Source: an uncultured Chloroflexia bacterium | GTDB lineage: Bacteria > Chloroflexota > Limnocylindria > Limnocylindrales > CSP1-4 | Length of the DNA stretch: 64,000 nucleotides | Direction of reading: 5' to 3' | Assembly: GCA_963833225.1 (NCBI GenBank) | Contig: CAWHXD010000017.1 | Location: forward strand, 320,001-384,000 | Part shown: positions 9,873 through 20,185 of the stretch, one piece after another | Layout: each line of letters starts with the position of its first letter | How positions within the stretch are numbered: the first letter of the stretch is position 1 | The notes under the pieces: generated by a model | The model's database searches: none | The model's input: only the letters and a program-made list of their open reading frames with translations | Told to the model about the DNA's origin: nothing | Position numbers and translations under genes: made by a program

Positions 9873-10933
9873 TGGGCCCGGCCGCGGCGCCCGTGCCGCC
9901 GGGCGCTCCGGGTCGCCGGTTCCGCGGGCTGCGCGAGGTCGGCTCCGGCATGGCCGCAGTCGGCGTCAAGGAGCTCCGGGGCCGGATGCGCGGAAAGCGC
10001 GCCTTCGTGATCCTCACCATCCACCTGCTGCTCGTGGCTGGCTTCGCGTGGATGATCGAGTCGCTCGCCGAGCGCTCGTTTTCGAGTGGCTTCGGATCGG
10101 CGTTCTCCGCCTCGTCCGAGATCGGGCGCGGGATGTTCACCGCGATCATCTTCCTGCTCACGCTGATCACGCTGATCCTTGCTCCGGCGTCCACCGCCGG
10201 AGCGATCTCGCTCGAGCGCGAGAAGCAGACGCTGGATCTGCTGACCACCACGCCGATCTCGTCGCTGGCGATCGTGCTGGGCAAGCTCCTCTCCGCCCTG
10301 TCCTGGATCCTCCTGCTGCTCCTCGCTTCGATCCCCGTCGTTGCGCTCGTGTTCACGTTCGGAGGCATCGCCCCCGACGACGTGCTGCGGGCGTACGTCG
10401 TGCTGCTGGGGACGGCGTTCGCGTACGGCGCCATCGGCCTGTTCGTGTCGGCGCTCGTCAAGCGCACCCAGGCCGCCACGGTGATCAACCTCGTGGCCGT
10501 CATCTTCCTGACCGCGGGCACCGGATTCCTGTTCATCTTCTGGGTCGCGATGACGGGCAACTCCGGGTTCCTGCCCGATCAGGCCGTCCGCGACCGGAAC
10601 CCGATCGAGGAGCTCACCAGGCACCCACCCGAGGCCCTGATGTGGTTCAACCCGTTCGTCGCCCAGGTGGACGTCCTGTGCGGCACGGAGACCGGCTTCG
10701 GCGGCACGTGTCAGGTCATCGCTGGGGTCACCAACCAGGAGGCCCTGGTCAACGGGGACGTGTCCGGCAACTTCGGCGCCATGCGCGACACGTACTGGCC
10801 GCGCAGCGTGGCGGCGATGCTGGTCGCCTCGGTGCTCCTGGTGATCCTGTCCGTCCAGCTCGTCTCGCCGACGCGGCGCTGGCGGATCCGCCGCGGTCGA
10901 ACGCGGCGCCCTCCAGTCGGCGGTGATGCATGA
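9860..10933 (+). CDS. ABC-2 type permease
   Basis: About 6 TM helices; ISLEREKQTLDLLTTTP...IVLGKL motif. Confidence 0.9.
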   Translation: MAELMGPAAAPVPPGAPGRRFRGLREVGSGMAAVGVKELRGRMRGKRAFVILTIHLLLVAGFAWMIESLAERSFSSGFGSAFSASSEIGRGMFTAIIFLLTLITLILAPASTAGAISLEREKQTLDLLTTTPISSLAIVLGKLLSALSWILLLLLASIPVVALVFTFGGIAPDDVLRAYVVLLGTAFAYGAIGLFVSALVKRTQAATVINLVAVIFLTAGTGFLFIFWVAMTGNSGFLPDQAVRDRNPIEELTRHPPEALMWFNPFVAQVDVLCGTETGFGGTCQVIAGVTNQEALVNGDVSGNFGAMRDTYWPRSVAAMLVASVLLVILSVQLVSPTRRWRIRRGRTRRPPVGGDA

Positions 10934-12897
10934 TGTCGCGCCTCCGTCCACCGCGCGCCTCCGCCCGCCGGGCCGCGCTGTCGTCGGCGACGATGTATGT
11001 CCCAGCGGACCCGGCCTCGCTCGGCATCTCGCTGGACCCCGTCCTGTCCGAGATCCGGGCCGGTCTCGCTCCCCACCGGCGGCGGCTGTGGCTGCGGCGG
11101 GCCACGCGTCGCGCGTGGTCGGTGGCTGCCGCGGTCGCCGTGGCGGAGCTCGTCCTCGCCGTGGCGCAGCGCATGCTGCCGCTCGAGGGGGCTCCCCTGC
11201 TGGCGCTCGCACTCCCGGTCCTGGGGATGCTGGGCCTCCTTGGGCTGGTCGTTCGTGCCCGACCGTCGCTCGGGGAGACGGCGCTGGCCGTCGACGCCGA
11301 GGGGGGTTCTGGCGATGCCGTGGCGTCGTCGCTCGCCTTCGCCGTCCAGTTGCCGGCCACGGCAGGCCCTTCGGCGACGGCCAGTGACGGGCTGATCGCC
11401 GTGGATGGCGCCTTTGACATCACCGAAGCCGAAGCAAGGTTCGTGCGGCGGCAGCGCCGCGACGCCCTCGGCCGCCTGCGGCTCATCGATCCGGCGCTGT
11501 TCCGCCCGCGGTTGGCGCGCCGGCCCGCCCTGGTGGCGCTCGTTGCGGCGGCGCTGGTGGCGCCTGCCGTCCTGATCCCGAACCCGATGGACCAGGTCAT
11601 CGCGCAGAACCAGCAGATCCGGCAGGAGGCGGAGCGCCAGGCGGAGCGCGTCGACCAGATCGCGAAGACCCTCGAGAGCCGCGGCGCCGACCTCCAGGAT
11701 CCGAGGACCCAGCTCGCAGAGCAATTGCGCGAGCTCGCTGAGCGGCTGCGCACCGACCCGGGCAGTCTCGAAGCGAACCTCGCCCGCCTCGGCGCCGTTG
11801 AGGACGGGGTCCGGGCGCAGCTGGACCCGTCCAACGAGCAACGCGCCGCCTCGATCGCCGCGCTCTCCCGCTCGCTGTCGCGGGCGGCGACGGGCAACGC
11901 ACAGGCGAACCCGGCCGGTGACCCGAAGGAGACCCAGAAGGACGTCAGCGCGCTCGGCGACAAGGTCGACGGGATGACCCAGGATGAGCGCGACGCGCTC
12001 GCCCGCCAGCTGGCGGAGCTCCAGGGGCAGGCCAGCCAGGCAGACGGAGCGGCGGGCCAGGCTCTTCGTGACGCCGTGGCCAGCCTCACGCAGGGTGACA
12101 GCGAGGGTGCCAAGGCCGCGCTGGACCGCCTGGGTGACGCGCTCGCGGGTGCGAACGACCGGGTGCAGACCAACCGCGATCTGGCATCCGCCGCGTCCGA
12201 ACTCCAGGACGCGCGGCGAGACCTCGCCAATGCCGGCGGCCAGCAGGGCGGCCAACAGGGTCAGACCGGCCAGCAGGGCACTGGGCAGCAGGGCAACGGC
12301 CAGCAGGGCAGCCCCAATCCGTCAGCCTCCAGCAGCGGCCAGGGCAGCGGCGGCAGCCCGAACCCGTCCGCGTCGGGACAGGGGCAGGGCCAGGGCCAGG
12401 GGCAAGGCCAGGGCCAGGGGCAAGGCCAGGGTCAGGGGCAAGGCCAGGGTCAGGGCCAGGGTCAGGGGCAAGGCCAGGGTCAGGGCCAGGGTCAGGGGCA
12501 AGGCCAGGGTCAGGGCTCCGGCGGCTCACTCGGCGGCGGCGGCTCGAACGCGTCCCACCTCGGCACCGGAACCTCGTCCGGCGGGCCGCCCCCTGGTCCC
12601 ACGAACCCCAACCGGCCGAGCGAGCTCGGCGGAGACCTCGGCTCGGTCTTCGCCCCGTTCGACCGCCTCGGCCGACCGGGCGATCCGTCCTATGTCGCGG
12701 GCTCCGGTGGTGACGGCCAGACGCAGCAGGGCAGCCAGCAGGGACAGGGCAGCAACAACGGATCCTACGTCCCCTATGCCGATGTCTACGGGGACTTCTA
12801 CAGCTACGCGCTCACGACCCTCGACCGCTCGTACGTCCCCATCTCGGTGAAGGACTACGTGCGCGACTACTTCAGCTCGCTCGACCCCGGTCGCTGA
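10930..12897 (+). CDS. Membrane-anchored coiled-coil protein with Gly/Gln-rich tail (DUF4175-like)
   Basis: Three TM segments, long coiled coil, (GQ)23 tract, C-terminal YVPISVKDYVRDYF motif. Confidence 0.8.
   Translation: MMSRLRPPRASARRAALSSATMYVPADPASLGISLDPVLSEIRAGLAPHRRRLWLRRATRRAWSVAAAVAVAELVLAVAQRMLPLEGAPLLALALPVLGMLGLLGLVVRARPSLGETALAVDAEGGSGDAVASSLAFAVQLPATAGPSATASDGLIAVDGAFDITEAEARFVRRQRRDALGRLRLIDPALFRPRLARRPALVALVAAALVAPAVLIPNPMDQVIAQNQQIRQEAERQAERVDQIAKTLESRGADLQDPRTQLAEQLRELAERLRTDPGSLEANLARLGAVEDGVRAQLDPSNEQRAASIAALSRSLSRAATGNAQANPAGDPKETQKDVSALGDKVDGMTQDERDALARQLAELQGQASQADGAAGQALRDAVASLTQGDSEGAKAALDRLGDALAGANDRVQTNRDLASAASELQDARRDLANAGGQQGGQQGQTGQQGTGQQGNGQQGSPNPSASSSGQGSGGSPNPSASGQGQGQGQGQGQGQGQGQGQGQGQGQGQGQGQGQGQGQGQGQGQGQGSGGSLGGGGSNASHLGTGTSSGGPPPGPTNPNRPSELGGDLGSVFAPFDRLGRPGDPSYVAGSGGDGQTQQGSQQGQGSNNGSYVPYADVYGDFYSYALTTLDRSYVPISVKDYVRDYFSSLDPGR
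12376..12516 (+). repeat. Coding hexamer tandem repeat (GGNCAR)x23 encoding (GQ)23G
   Basis: ggacaggggcagggccagggccaggggcaaggccag... read directly. Confidence 0.95.
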
Positions 12898-12932
12898 TCC
12901 GGTTCGAGCGCGCCGACCCAACCGGAGGACCC

Positions 12933-13964
12933 ATGGACGCTTCCGCCGCCCCGGCCGGATCTCCCGCACCGGCCGAACCGCACCGCATCGCCCCTGAGGC
13001 GTTCGCCGAGCGCACACGGGCGATCGAGGCCGAGATCGGCAAGGTGATCGTCGGCCAGCGGGAGCTGGTCCGGCACACGCTGGTCGGCCTGCTGGCCAAC
13101 AGCCACGTCCTGCTCGAGGGCGTGCCCGGCCTCGGGAAGACGATGCTCGTCCGGACGATCGCGGACGTCATCGACTGCTCCTTCAACCGCGTCCAGTTCA
13201 CCCCGGACCTGATGCCCGCGGACATCACCGGCACCAACATCCTGATCGAGGAGGGCGGCGCCCGGGTCTTCCGCTTCCAGCCAGGCCCGATCTTCGCGAA
13301 CCTCGTCCTCGCCGACGAGATCAACCGGGCCACGCCAAAGACGCAGTCAAGCCTGCTGGAGGCGATGCAGGAGCACCAGGTCACCGTCGCCCGCAACCGC
13401 TACCCGCTCGACCCGCCCTTCTTCGTGCTCGCGACCCAGAACCCGCTGGAGATGGAGGGCACCTATCCGCTGCCGGAGGCGCAGCTCGACCGGTTCCTGC
13501 TCAAGGTCATGGTCCCGTTCCCGTCCGAGGAGGACCTGATCGCGATTATTGACCGCACGACCGGGGCTGATGCCCCGCAGGCGAAGCCCGTGGCCACAGC
13601 CGCGGAGATTGTCGAGATGCAGCGCCTCGCGCGGGCGGTGCCCATCGCCCCGCACATCACCGCGTACGCGGTCTCGGTGCTCGCAGCCACGCACCCGGAC
13701 AATCGACGGGCGCCATCGCTGGCGCGCCAGTACGTGCGCTACGGGGGCTCGCCGCGTGGAGCCCAGGCGCTGGTCACCGCGGGCAAGATCCTGGCCCTCA
13801 TGGACGGCCGGTTCAACGTCTCGGTGGACGACGTCCGTGCCGCGGCGATGCCGGCCCTCCGTCACCGGGTGATCCTCAACTTCGAGGGCGAGGCCGAGGG
13901 CATCACCACGGAAGCCGTGGTGCGCTCGATCCTCGACGAGGTGGCGCCGCCCTCGGTCGAGTAG
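12933..13964 (+). CDS. moxR: MoxR family AAA+ ATPase
   Basis: LLEGVPGLGKT, RVQFTPDLMPADITG, LADEINRATPKTQS, ATQNPLEMEGTYPLPEAQLDRF. Confidence 0.96.
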   Translation: MDASAAPAGSPAPAEPHRIAPEAFAERTRAIEAEIGKVIVGQRELVRHTLVGLLANSHVLLEGVPGLGKTMLVRTIADVIDCSFNRVQFTPDLMPADITGTNILIEEGGARVFRFQPGPIFANLVLADEINRATPKTQSSLLEAMQEHQVTVARNRYPLDPPFFVLATQNPLEMEGTYPLPEAQLDRFLLKVMVPFPSEEDLIAIIDRTTGADAPQAKPVATAAEIVEMQRLARAVPIAPHITAYAVSVLAATHPDNRRAPSLARQYVRYGGSPRGAQALVTAGKILALMDGRFNVSVDDVRAAAMPALRHRVILNFEGEAEGITTEAVVRSILDEVAPPSVE

Positions 13965-13977
13965 GCGACGCCGCGAC

Positions 13978-14982
13978 ATGGCCATCTCCCCCACCCCGCC
14001 CCAGGAGCCGGGCGCAACCCCGGCTGGCGAGGACGTCCCAAAGGCCGCCGCGGAGGCACCCGGCAAGCCGATCGGGGTCCGCTCGTTCCTCCCCAACGAG
14101 CTCGATCCGACCGTCTTTGACGAGGGCTTCCTGCGCCAGCTGGAGCGGCTGGGCGTGCTGATGAAGCAGCCCGTCCGGGGCGGGCTCAAGGGTGGGCGCC
14201 GGAGCGTCAAGCGGGGGCAGAGCGTCGAGTTCGCCGACTACCGCGACTACAGCCTTGGCGACGACCTCCGCCAGCTCGACTGGAACGTGTACGCAAGGCT
14301 GGAGAAGCTGTTCGTCAAGCTGTTCGTCGAGGAGGAGGACGTGACGATCACGTTCCTGCTCGACGCCAGCCCGTCCATGACATACGGGCGCCCCCAGAAG
14401 CTGCTGTTCGCCAAGCGTGCCGCGGCCGCGCTCGGGTACATCGCCCTGGCCGGAGAGGATCGTGTGGTCACGACCGCGCTGGCGGGACGCACCGCCCGCC
14501 GGCACAGCGGTCTGCGCGGATCGGGGCGCATCTTCCGGCTCCTGGGCAACCTGTCCGGGATCCAGCCCTCGGCAGGCGCGACGGACCTGCTCGCCGCCGC
14601 GCGCCACGCGGCCGCCATGCTCTCGGGCCGTGGGGTGGTCGTGCTGCTCTCCGACCTGCTGGATCCGTCCGCGGACCGGGTGATCCGCGAGCTGGCGGCG
14701 ACCGGCTCGGAGCTCATCGTCCTGCACACCCTCTCACCCGAGGAGCTGGACCCGCCGCTCGAGGGCGACCTCAAGCTGGTGGACGCCGAGACGGGCGAGG
14801 GCATTGACATCACGGTCGACCTCGCCGCGCTCGACGACTACCGGGCGCGCCTGACCGCCTGGCAGGAGGGCCTCGAGGATCTCGCCCGGAAGCGTCGCGC
14901 GTCCTACGTGCCGATCGCCACGGACACCCCGCTCGCCGACCTCGTGTTTGCCGAGCTCCGCCGACGGCGGGTGGTGGGCTGA
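13978..14982 (+). CDS. DUF58 (VWA-like) protein
   Basis: GQSVEFADYRDYSLGDDLRQLDWNVYAR, LDASPSM, LSDL. Confidence 0.93.
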   Translation: MAISPTPPQEPGATPAGEDVPKAAAEAPGKPIGVRSFLPNELDPTVFDEGFLRQLERLGVLMKQPVRGGLKGGRRSVKRGQSVEFADYRDYSLGDDLRQLDWNVYARLEKLFVKLFVEEEDVTITFLLDASPSMTYGRPQKLLFAKRAAAALGYIALAGEDRVVTTALAGRTARRHSGLRGSGRIFRLLGNLSGIQPSAGATDLLAAARHAAAMLSGRGVVVLLSDLLDPSADRVIRELAATGSELIVLHTLSPEELDPPLEGDLKLVDAETGEGIDITVDLAALDDYRARLTAWQEGLEDLARKRRASYVPIATDTPLADLVFAELRRRRVVG

Positions 14983-14983
14983 C

Positions 14984-17080
14984 GTGAGCTTCATCACGCC
15001 GCTCGCGCTCGCAGGCCTGCTGTTCGTGCCCGTGGTTGTGGCCATGTACCTGCTCAAGCTCCGGCGGGACGAGGCCGTCGTGCCGTCGACCCTGCTCTGG
15101 CAGCGCCTGGTCGCGGACGTCGAGGCGAACGCCCCGTGGCAGAAGCTGCGCCGGAGCCTGCTGCTGCTGCTCCAGCTCCTGCTGGTGCTGATCCTGGCGT
15201 TCCTTGCCGCTCGCCCCTTCATCGAGCGCCCGGCGGGCCTGGCCGGCGACATCGTGCTGGTGATCGACACCTCGGCGTCGATGCAGGCAACCGACGTGTC
15301 GCCAAGCCGGCTCGATGCCGCCAAGGCGGCCGCGATCGACGCCCTGAAGGAGCTGCCCGCCGGCGGCAAGGTCAGCGTCATCGCCGCGGGGCGGACCGCG
15401 CGCGTCATCGCCAACGGCACGACCGACATGGGCAACGTCAAGCAGGCGATCGCAGCCATCGCCCCGACCTCGGACATCGGCGATCTGGGCGACGCCCTGC
15501 AGCTTGCCTCGGCACTGGCCGCGCGGTCCGGCGACGCGGAGATCCTGGTCGCGACCGACGCTGCCCTCGCGACGGTCCCCTCGGGGACGCTGGAGGCGCC
15601 GGTCCGGGTCCTGCAGGTGGGCCGTGAAGCGAAGAACGAGGCGATCGTGGCGCTGGCCGTCCGGACGGCACCCAGCGGGCTGTCGCACTCGGCGTTCATC
15701 TCGGTGGCCAACCTGGGCCTCGAACCCGCGGAGCGGCGAGTCCAGCTGTACGCCGACGGCGTCCTGCGCGATTCGCGCTCGCTGTTGCTCGATCCACAGC
15801 GCAAGACCGACATCTCCATCGACGACATCGACGATCCCGACCACCCGGCGTCCGTGATCGAGGTCCGACTCCTCGCCAAGGACGAGACCTCCACGGCGGC
15901 CCCGGATCCCCTCGCTGTCGACGACCGCGCCTGGGCCATCGTCCCCCCGGCGCGGCTCCGCACGGTGCTCCTGGTGGGTGAGGGCGACCCCTACCTCGAG
16001 ACGGCCCTCTCCTACCTGCCCGACACCGAGCTGTACGGGGTCGCCCCCGACGCCTATGGGCCGGGGACGAAGCCCGAGCTGTTCGACCTCATCATCTTCG
16101 AGGGCTTCCTGCCGGCTGAGCTGCCGGCCAAACCCATCCTCGCGATCGCTCCGCCGGCGTCATCGCCGCTGGGCAGCGTGACCGGCACGCTCACCAATCC
16201 GGGGATCGGCTCCCTCGATGCGACCGACCCGATCCTGCGCTATGTCGACCTCACGACGACCCACGTCGGGGAGGCGGTGAAGCTGGACCTGCCCGCGTGG
16301 GCGCGGCCGGTCATTCCGGGACCTGGTGGGGCCCCACTGCTGTATGCGGGGCGCCTCGCCGGACGCCCCGCCGCCGTGCTCGCGTTCGAGCCACGTCGCT
16401 CGGACCTGCCCCTCCAGGTGGCGTTCCCGGTCCTGCTGGCCAACCTCGCCGGCGAGCTCCTCGGCGGCTCGGAGACACCAACCGATGCGATCGCCCCGGG
16501 GGCCCCGGTGACGCTCGCCATCCCGCAGGGCGCGACCGGCGTCCAGGTGGAGCGGCCGGACGGCTCCATTGACGAGCTCGTCGCGCCGACGGGCAGCACG
16601 GGCTCCGTGACCTTCGGGCGAACGGATCTCCTCGGCATCTACACGGTCACGCCGATCTCGGGCCCGGGCACGACGCCGGGCACCTCGGCAGCTCCGATCG
16701 CGACCACCTCCCAGTCTGCTGGTGGGTCGCCCGCGGCCGGGTCGCCGGGCGCTTCGCCGACGTTCCGCCCGGCCGACCCCGGCGCTCCCGTCCGATTCGC
16801 GGTCAGCCTGCTAGACGTGGATGAGTCGCGAATCGCGCCCGGTGACGCGGCGAAGCTCCAGGCGATGGGTGCGCCGGTCGCGAGCCCCGGCACCGGCGGC
16901 GCCGCTCCCAGCGAGCCGCGGCCGAACGCCCGCGACGAGATCTGGATCCCGATCCTCCTGGTGGCCCTCACGGTGCTCACGATCGAATGGCTGGTCTACG
17001 AGCGAGACACGCTGGCCCGGCTCCGTCGGGGCATCTCGTCGCGGCTGCGCCGGGGCCGTCAGCCCACGCGGGGCGGCTGA
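14984..17080 (+). CDS. BatA-domain / VWA membrane protein
   Basis: BatA N-terminus SFITPLAL...LLWQ...LLLLLQLLL; MIDAS IDTSASM; C-terminal TM IEWLVY. Confidence 0.9.
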   Translation: MSFITPLALAGLLFVPVVVAMYLLKLRRDEAVVPSTLLWQRLVADVEANAPWQKLRRSLLLLLQLLLVLILAFLAARPFIERPAGLAGDIVLVIDTSASMQATDVSPSRLDAAKAAAIDALKELPAGGKVSVIAAGRTARVIANGTTDMGNVKQAIAAIAPTSDIGDLGDALQLASALAARSGDAEILVATDAALATVPSGTLEAPVRVLQVGREAKNEAIVALAVRTAPSGLSHSAFISVANLGLEPAERRVQLYADGVLRDSRSLLLDPQRKTDISIDDIDDPDHPASVIEVRLLAKDETSTAAPDPLAVDDRAWAIVPPARLRTVLLVGEGDPYLETALSYLPDTELYGVAPDAYGPGTKPELFDLIIFEGFLPAELPAKPILAIAPPASSPLGSVTGTLTNPGIGSLDATDPILRYVDLTTTHVGEAVKLDLPAWARPVIPGPGGAPLLYAGRLAGRPAAVLAFEPRRSDLPLQVAFPVLLANLAGELLGGSETPTDAIAPGAPVTLAIPQGATGVQVERPDGSIDELVAPTGSTGSVTFGRTDLLGIYTVTPISGPGTTPGTSAAPIATTSQSAGGSPAAGSPGASPTFRPADPGAPVRFAVSLLDVDESRIAPGDAAKLQAMGAPVASPGTGGAAPSEPRPNARDEIWIPILLVALTVLTIEWLVYERDTLARLRRGISSRLRRGRQPTRGG

Positions 17081-20079
17081 TGGGCATCCACTTCGAGGCA
17101 CCGCTGGCGCTGCTGCTCCTGCCGCCCCTGGTGGCACTGGTGGTGATCCTCCACCTGTCGTCCCGACGCCGGCTTGGCGTTGGCCGGCGCAGAGCAGCCC
17201 TGGCGGTTCGATGGCTGCTGCTCTCGGTCCTCGTGTTCGCTCTCGCGGGATTCCAGCTTGTGCTGCCGGTGGACCGGCTGGCCGTGGTGTACGTCGTGGA
17301 CGTGTCGGACTCCGTGGGCACGGCTGGCCGCGAGGAGGCCCTCGCATACCTCCGCGAGAGCCTCGCGGCCAAGCGGGACGAGGACGTGGCGGGGATCGTC
17401 GCGTTCGGTGGCGACGCGCTGGTTGAGCGGCTCCCGGCCGAGCTCTCCGAGATCGACCGGATCGCCTCGACGCCGGTCCGCAGCGCGACGGACATCGGCG
17501 CGGCCCTCCGCCTGGCCGGCGCGCTGTTCCCCGATGACGCCCAGAAGCGGATCGTCCTGCTGTCCGATGGCAACGACACGACGGGGTCCGGCCAGACGGA
17601 GGCGGCCCTCGCGGCCGCGCGCGGGATCCAGGTCCAGACGCACCTGACCGGCCTCGCCGGCGCCGACGAGGTGCTCGTCGAGCGGCTGACGGCCCCGTCG
17701 ACGGCACACCTCGGCGAGCAGGTGCAGGTCAGCGCGGACATCACGTCCACGGTCGCCCAGCCCGCGACCGCACGCCTGTACGTGAACGGCGAGCTGGCCG
17801 CGACCCAGCCGCTGGACCTCGCGGCGGGCGCCAACCGGGTCGACTTCGAGTTCACCGCCAAGGACGCCGGCTTCCTCCGGTTCCGGGTCGTCGTGGAGGC
17901 GGCGCGCGACACCTTCAACCAGAACGACCGTGCCGACGCCAACACGATCGTCAAGGGTGAGCCGCGCGTGCTGGTCGTCAAGGGCGACGAGGACGTCGCC
18001 CAGCAGCTGGTGGCGGCGCTCGAGACGGAGCGCCAGACGGTCGCCACCGTGATCCCGGAGGCGATGCCCGCCGACCTCGCCGGCCTCGCCGACTACGACT
18101 CCATCGTGCTCGTGGACGTGCCTCGGCTGCGGCTGACGGACACGCAGCTCACGGCGCTCCAGGTGTACGTGCGGGACCTCGGCCGGGGCCTGGTGACCAT
18201 CGGCGGCCCGCAGGCGTACGGCGCCGGTGGCTACACGGACACACCGCTGGAGGAGACGCTGCCCGTCGACATGGGCGTGCGCGACCGGACCAAGCAGCCC
18301 GATGTCGCCCTGGTGGTCGTGATCGACAAGTCGGGGTCCATGGACGCGTGCCACTGCAACAGCTTCAACGGCGGGATGGGCGGCGGTTCGGGGATCGCGG
18401 GCGTCCGCAAGGTCGACATCGGCAAGGAAGCGATCCTGCGCGCCGCCTCCGCCCTGACCGCCCGCGACGAGTTCGGCGTCGTCGCCTTCGACGAGCAGGC
18501 GCACTGGGTCATCAAGACCGCGCCGCTGGGCGGGATCACCGACATCGCGGGCGCGATCAGCGGGATCCAGCCACTGGGCCAGACCAACATCTTCTCGGGC
18601 CTGGACACCGCGGTGCAGGCCCTCAAGTCGGCGACCGCGACCCGCCGTCACATCATCCTGCTCACGGACGGCTGGTCATCGAGCGGCCAGTACGACGACA
18701 TCCTGGCCCAGATGAAGGCCGCCGGCATCACGCTCTCGACGGTGGGCGCGGGCGGCGGTGCGAACCCATTCCTCGAGCAGCTCGCGAGGGCTGGCGGCGG
18801 CCGCTTCTACGCCGCCGTCAACCCGGCGTCCATCCCCGACATCTTCCTCAAGGAGACGCAGCAGGTCTCGGGGCAGCAGATCGTGGAGGAGCCGTTCTTC
18901 CCGATCAAGACCTCCAGCTCGCCGATCCTGCGCGGGATCGACGGGGGGCTGCCGAGCCTGCTGGGATACAACGGCACGACCGCCAAGCCGGCGGCCCAGA
19001 CCGTGCTCGTCACGGCGCGCGATGATCCGCTCCTCGCGCAGTGGCAGTACGGCCTGGGGCGGGCCGTCGCCTGGACCTCGGACTCGACCGGGCGCTGGGC
19101 CAAGAGCTGGATCGGCTGGGCCGGCTTCTCCCAGTTCTTCAGCCAGATGGTGGGCTGGACGTTCCCGGGCGAGGAGAGCGGCGGCATCGAGGCCGCCTTC
19201 GTGGATCGCGGCGGCCGTCCCTACCTGCGGGTGGAGAGCGTCAACGCCGACGGCTCGGCACGCGACTTCTACGCGACACGGGTGGCGCTCGTGGGTCCGG
19301 ACCTCGAGCCGGCCGCGGTGGACCTGTCCCAGGTGGCGCCAGGCGTGTACGAGGCGCCCGTCGCCTCGCTCCAGAGCGGCGCCTACGCCGTCCGCGTGAC
19401 CCAGACGAAGCCCGGTGCTGCGGCCCTGGGCCGGACGCTCGGGCTGGTGGCTCCCACGCCGGCCGAGTACCGGCTGCTGGGCGCCAACGAGCCGCTCCTG
19501 GCAGCCATCCGGTCCGCGACGGGTGGGACCGAGGTCACCACCCCGGCCGCCGTGTGGGTCCACGACCTGCGGACGACGAGCCGGTATACCGACACCTGGC
19601 CGTGGCTGCTGGTCCTGGCCCTGGTGCTCTGGCCGCTGGACATCGCGCTGCGGCGTGTCTCGATGGGCCGGCGGGAGATGGCCGATGCACGGCGCTCGAT
19701 CGCGGAACGCGTCCGGGGACGGCGCGTCGCCCCACGCAGCGTGACGTCGGCGTCGATGCTCGCCGCGCGAGGGCGGGCCGGGTCGGCGGGTGCCCGCTCC
19801 GCGATCCTGCGCGAGGCGGCGTCCGGGGTCGAGCCGGTGGTTCCGACCCCCGTGGCCCCGGTGCCTCCGGCTTCGGCGGCTCCGGACGCGGCGGCTCCGG
19901 CGCAGGGACCTGTGACTCCGGCTTCAAGCGAACCGCCGCCGCCCCCAGGCGCGGTGACGCCTCTGCCACCGCCCCCCACCGGCACGGCTCCCCCATCCCC
20001 GCCCGCGGCCCCGGCCCAAGCCACCGCCGACGACACGCTCGCCCGGCTGCGCGAAGCGAAGCGCCGATCCCGCTCGTGA
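17080..20079 (+). CDS. Double-VWA + GATase1-like domain membrane protein
   Basis: MIDAS DVSDS and DKSGSM; LLSDGN and LLTDG; GGPQAYGAGGY; AQWQYGLGRAVAWTSD; TGATG translational coupling. Confidence 0.9.
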   Translation: MGIHFEAPLALLLLPPLVALVVILHLSSRRRLGVGRRRAALAVRWLLLSVLVFALAGFQLVLPVDRLAVVYVVDVSDSVGTAGREEALAYLRESLAAKRDEDVAGIVAFGGDALVERLPAELSEIDRIASTPVRSATDIGAALRLAGALFPDDAQKRIVLLSDGNDTTGSGQTEAALAAARGIQVQTHLTGLAGADEVLVERLTAPSTAHLGEQVQVSADITSTVAQPATARLYVNGELAATQPLDLAAGANRVDFEFTAKDAGFLRFRVVVEAARDTFNQNDRADANTIVKGEPRVLVVKGDEDVAQQLVAALETERQTVATVIPEAMPADLAGLADYDSIVLVDVPRLRLTDTQLTALQVYVRDLGRGLVTIGGPQAYGAGGYTDTPLEETLPVDMGVRDRTKQPDVALVVVIDKSGSMDACHCNSFNGGMGGGSGIAGVRKVDIGKEAILRAASALTARDEFGVVAFDEQAHWVIKTAPLGGITDIAGAISGIQPLGQTNIFSGLDTAVQALKSATATRRHIILLTDGWSSSGQYDDILAQMKAAGITLSTVGAGGGANPFLEQLARAGGGRFYAAVNPASIPDIFLKETQQVSGQQIVEEPFFPIKTSSSPILRGIDGGLPSLLGYNGTTAKPAAQTVLVTARDDPLLAQWQYGLGRAVAWTSDSTGRWAKSWIGWAGFSQFFSQMVGWTFPGEESGGIEAAFVDRGGRPYLRVESVNADGSARDFYATRVALVGPDLEPAAVDLSQVAPGVYEAPVASLQSGAYAVRVTQTKPGAAALGRTLGLVAPTPAEYRLLGANEPLLAAIRSATGGTEVTTPAAVWVHDLRTTSRYTDTWPWLLVLALVLWPLDIALRRVSMGRREMADARRSIAERVRGRRVAPRSVTSASMLAARGRAGSAGARSAILREAASGVEPVVPTPVAPVPPASAAPDAAAPAQGPVTPASSEPPPPPGAVTPLPPPPTGTAPPSPPAAPAQATADDTLARLREAKRRSRS

Positions 20080-20185
20080 TACAACCCTCACGCACGTGGC
20101 CCGCCCTCCCCCGTCGGGGTCTCTGGCAGGATGGGGCCCGCGGGACGGTGCCGGGATCCGGTGGCTGGAAAGGGAGATCGAAGGC

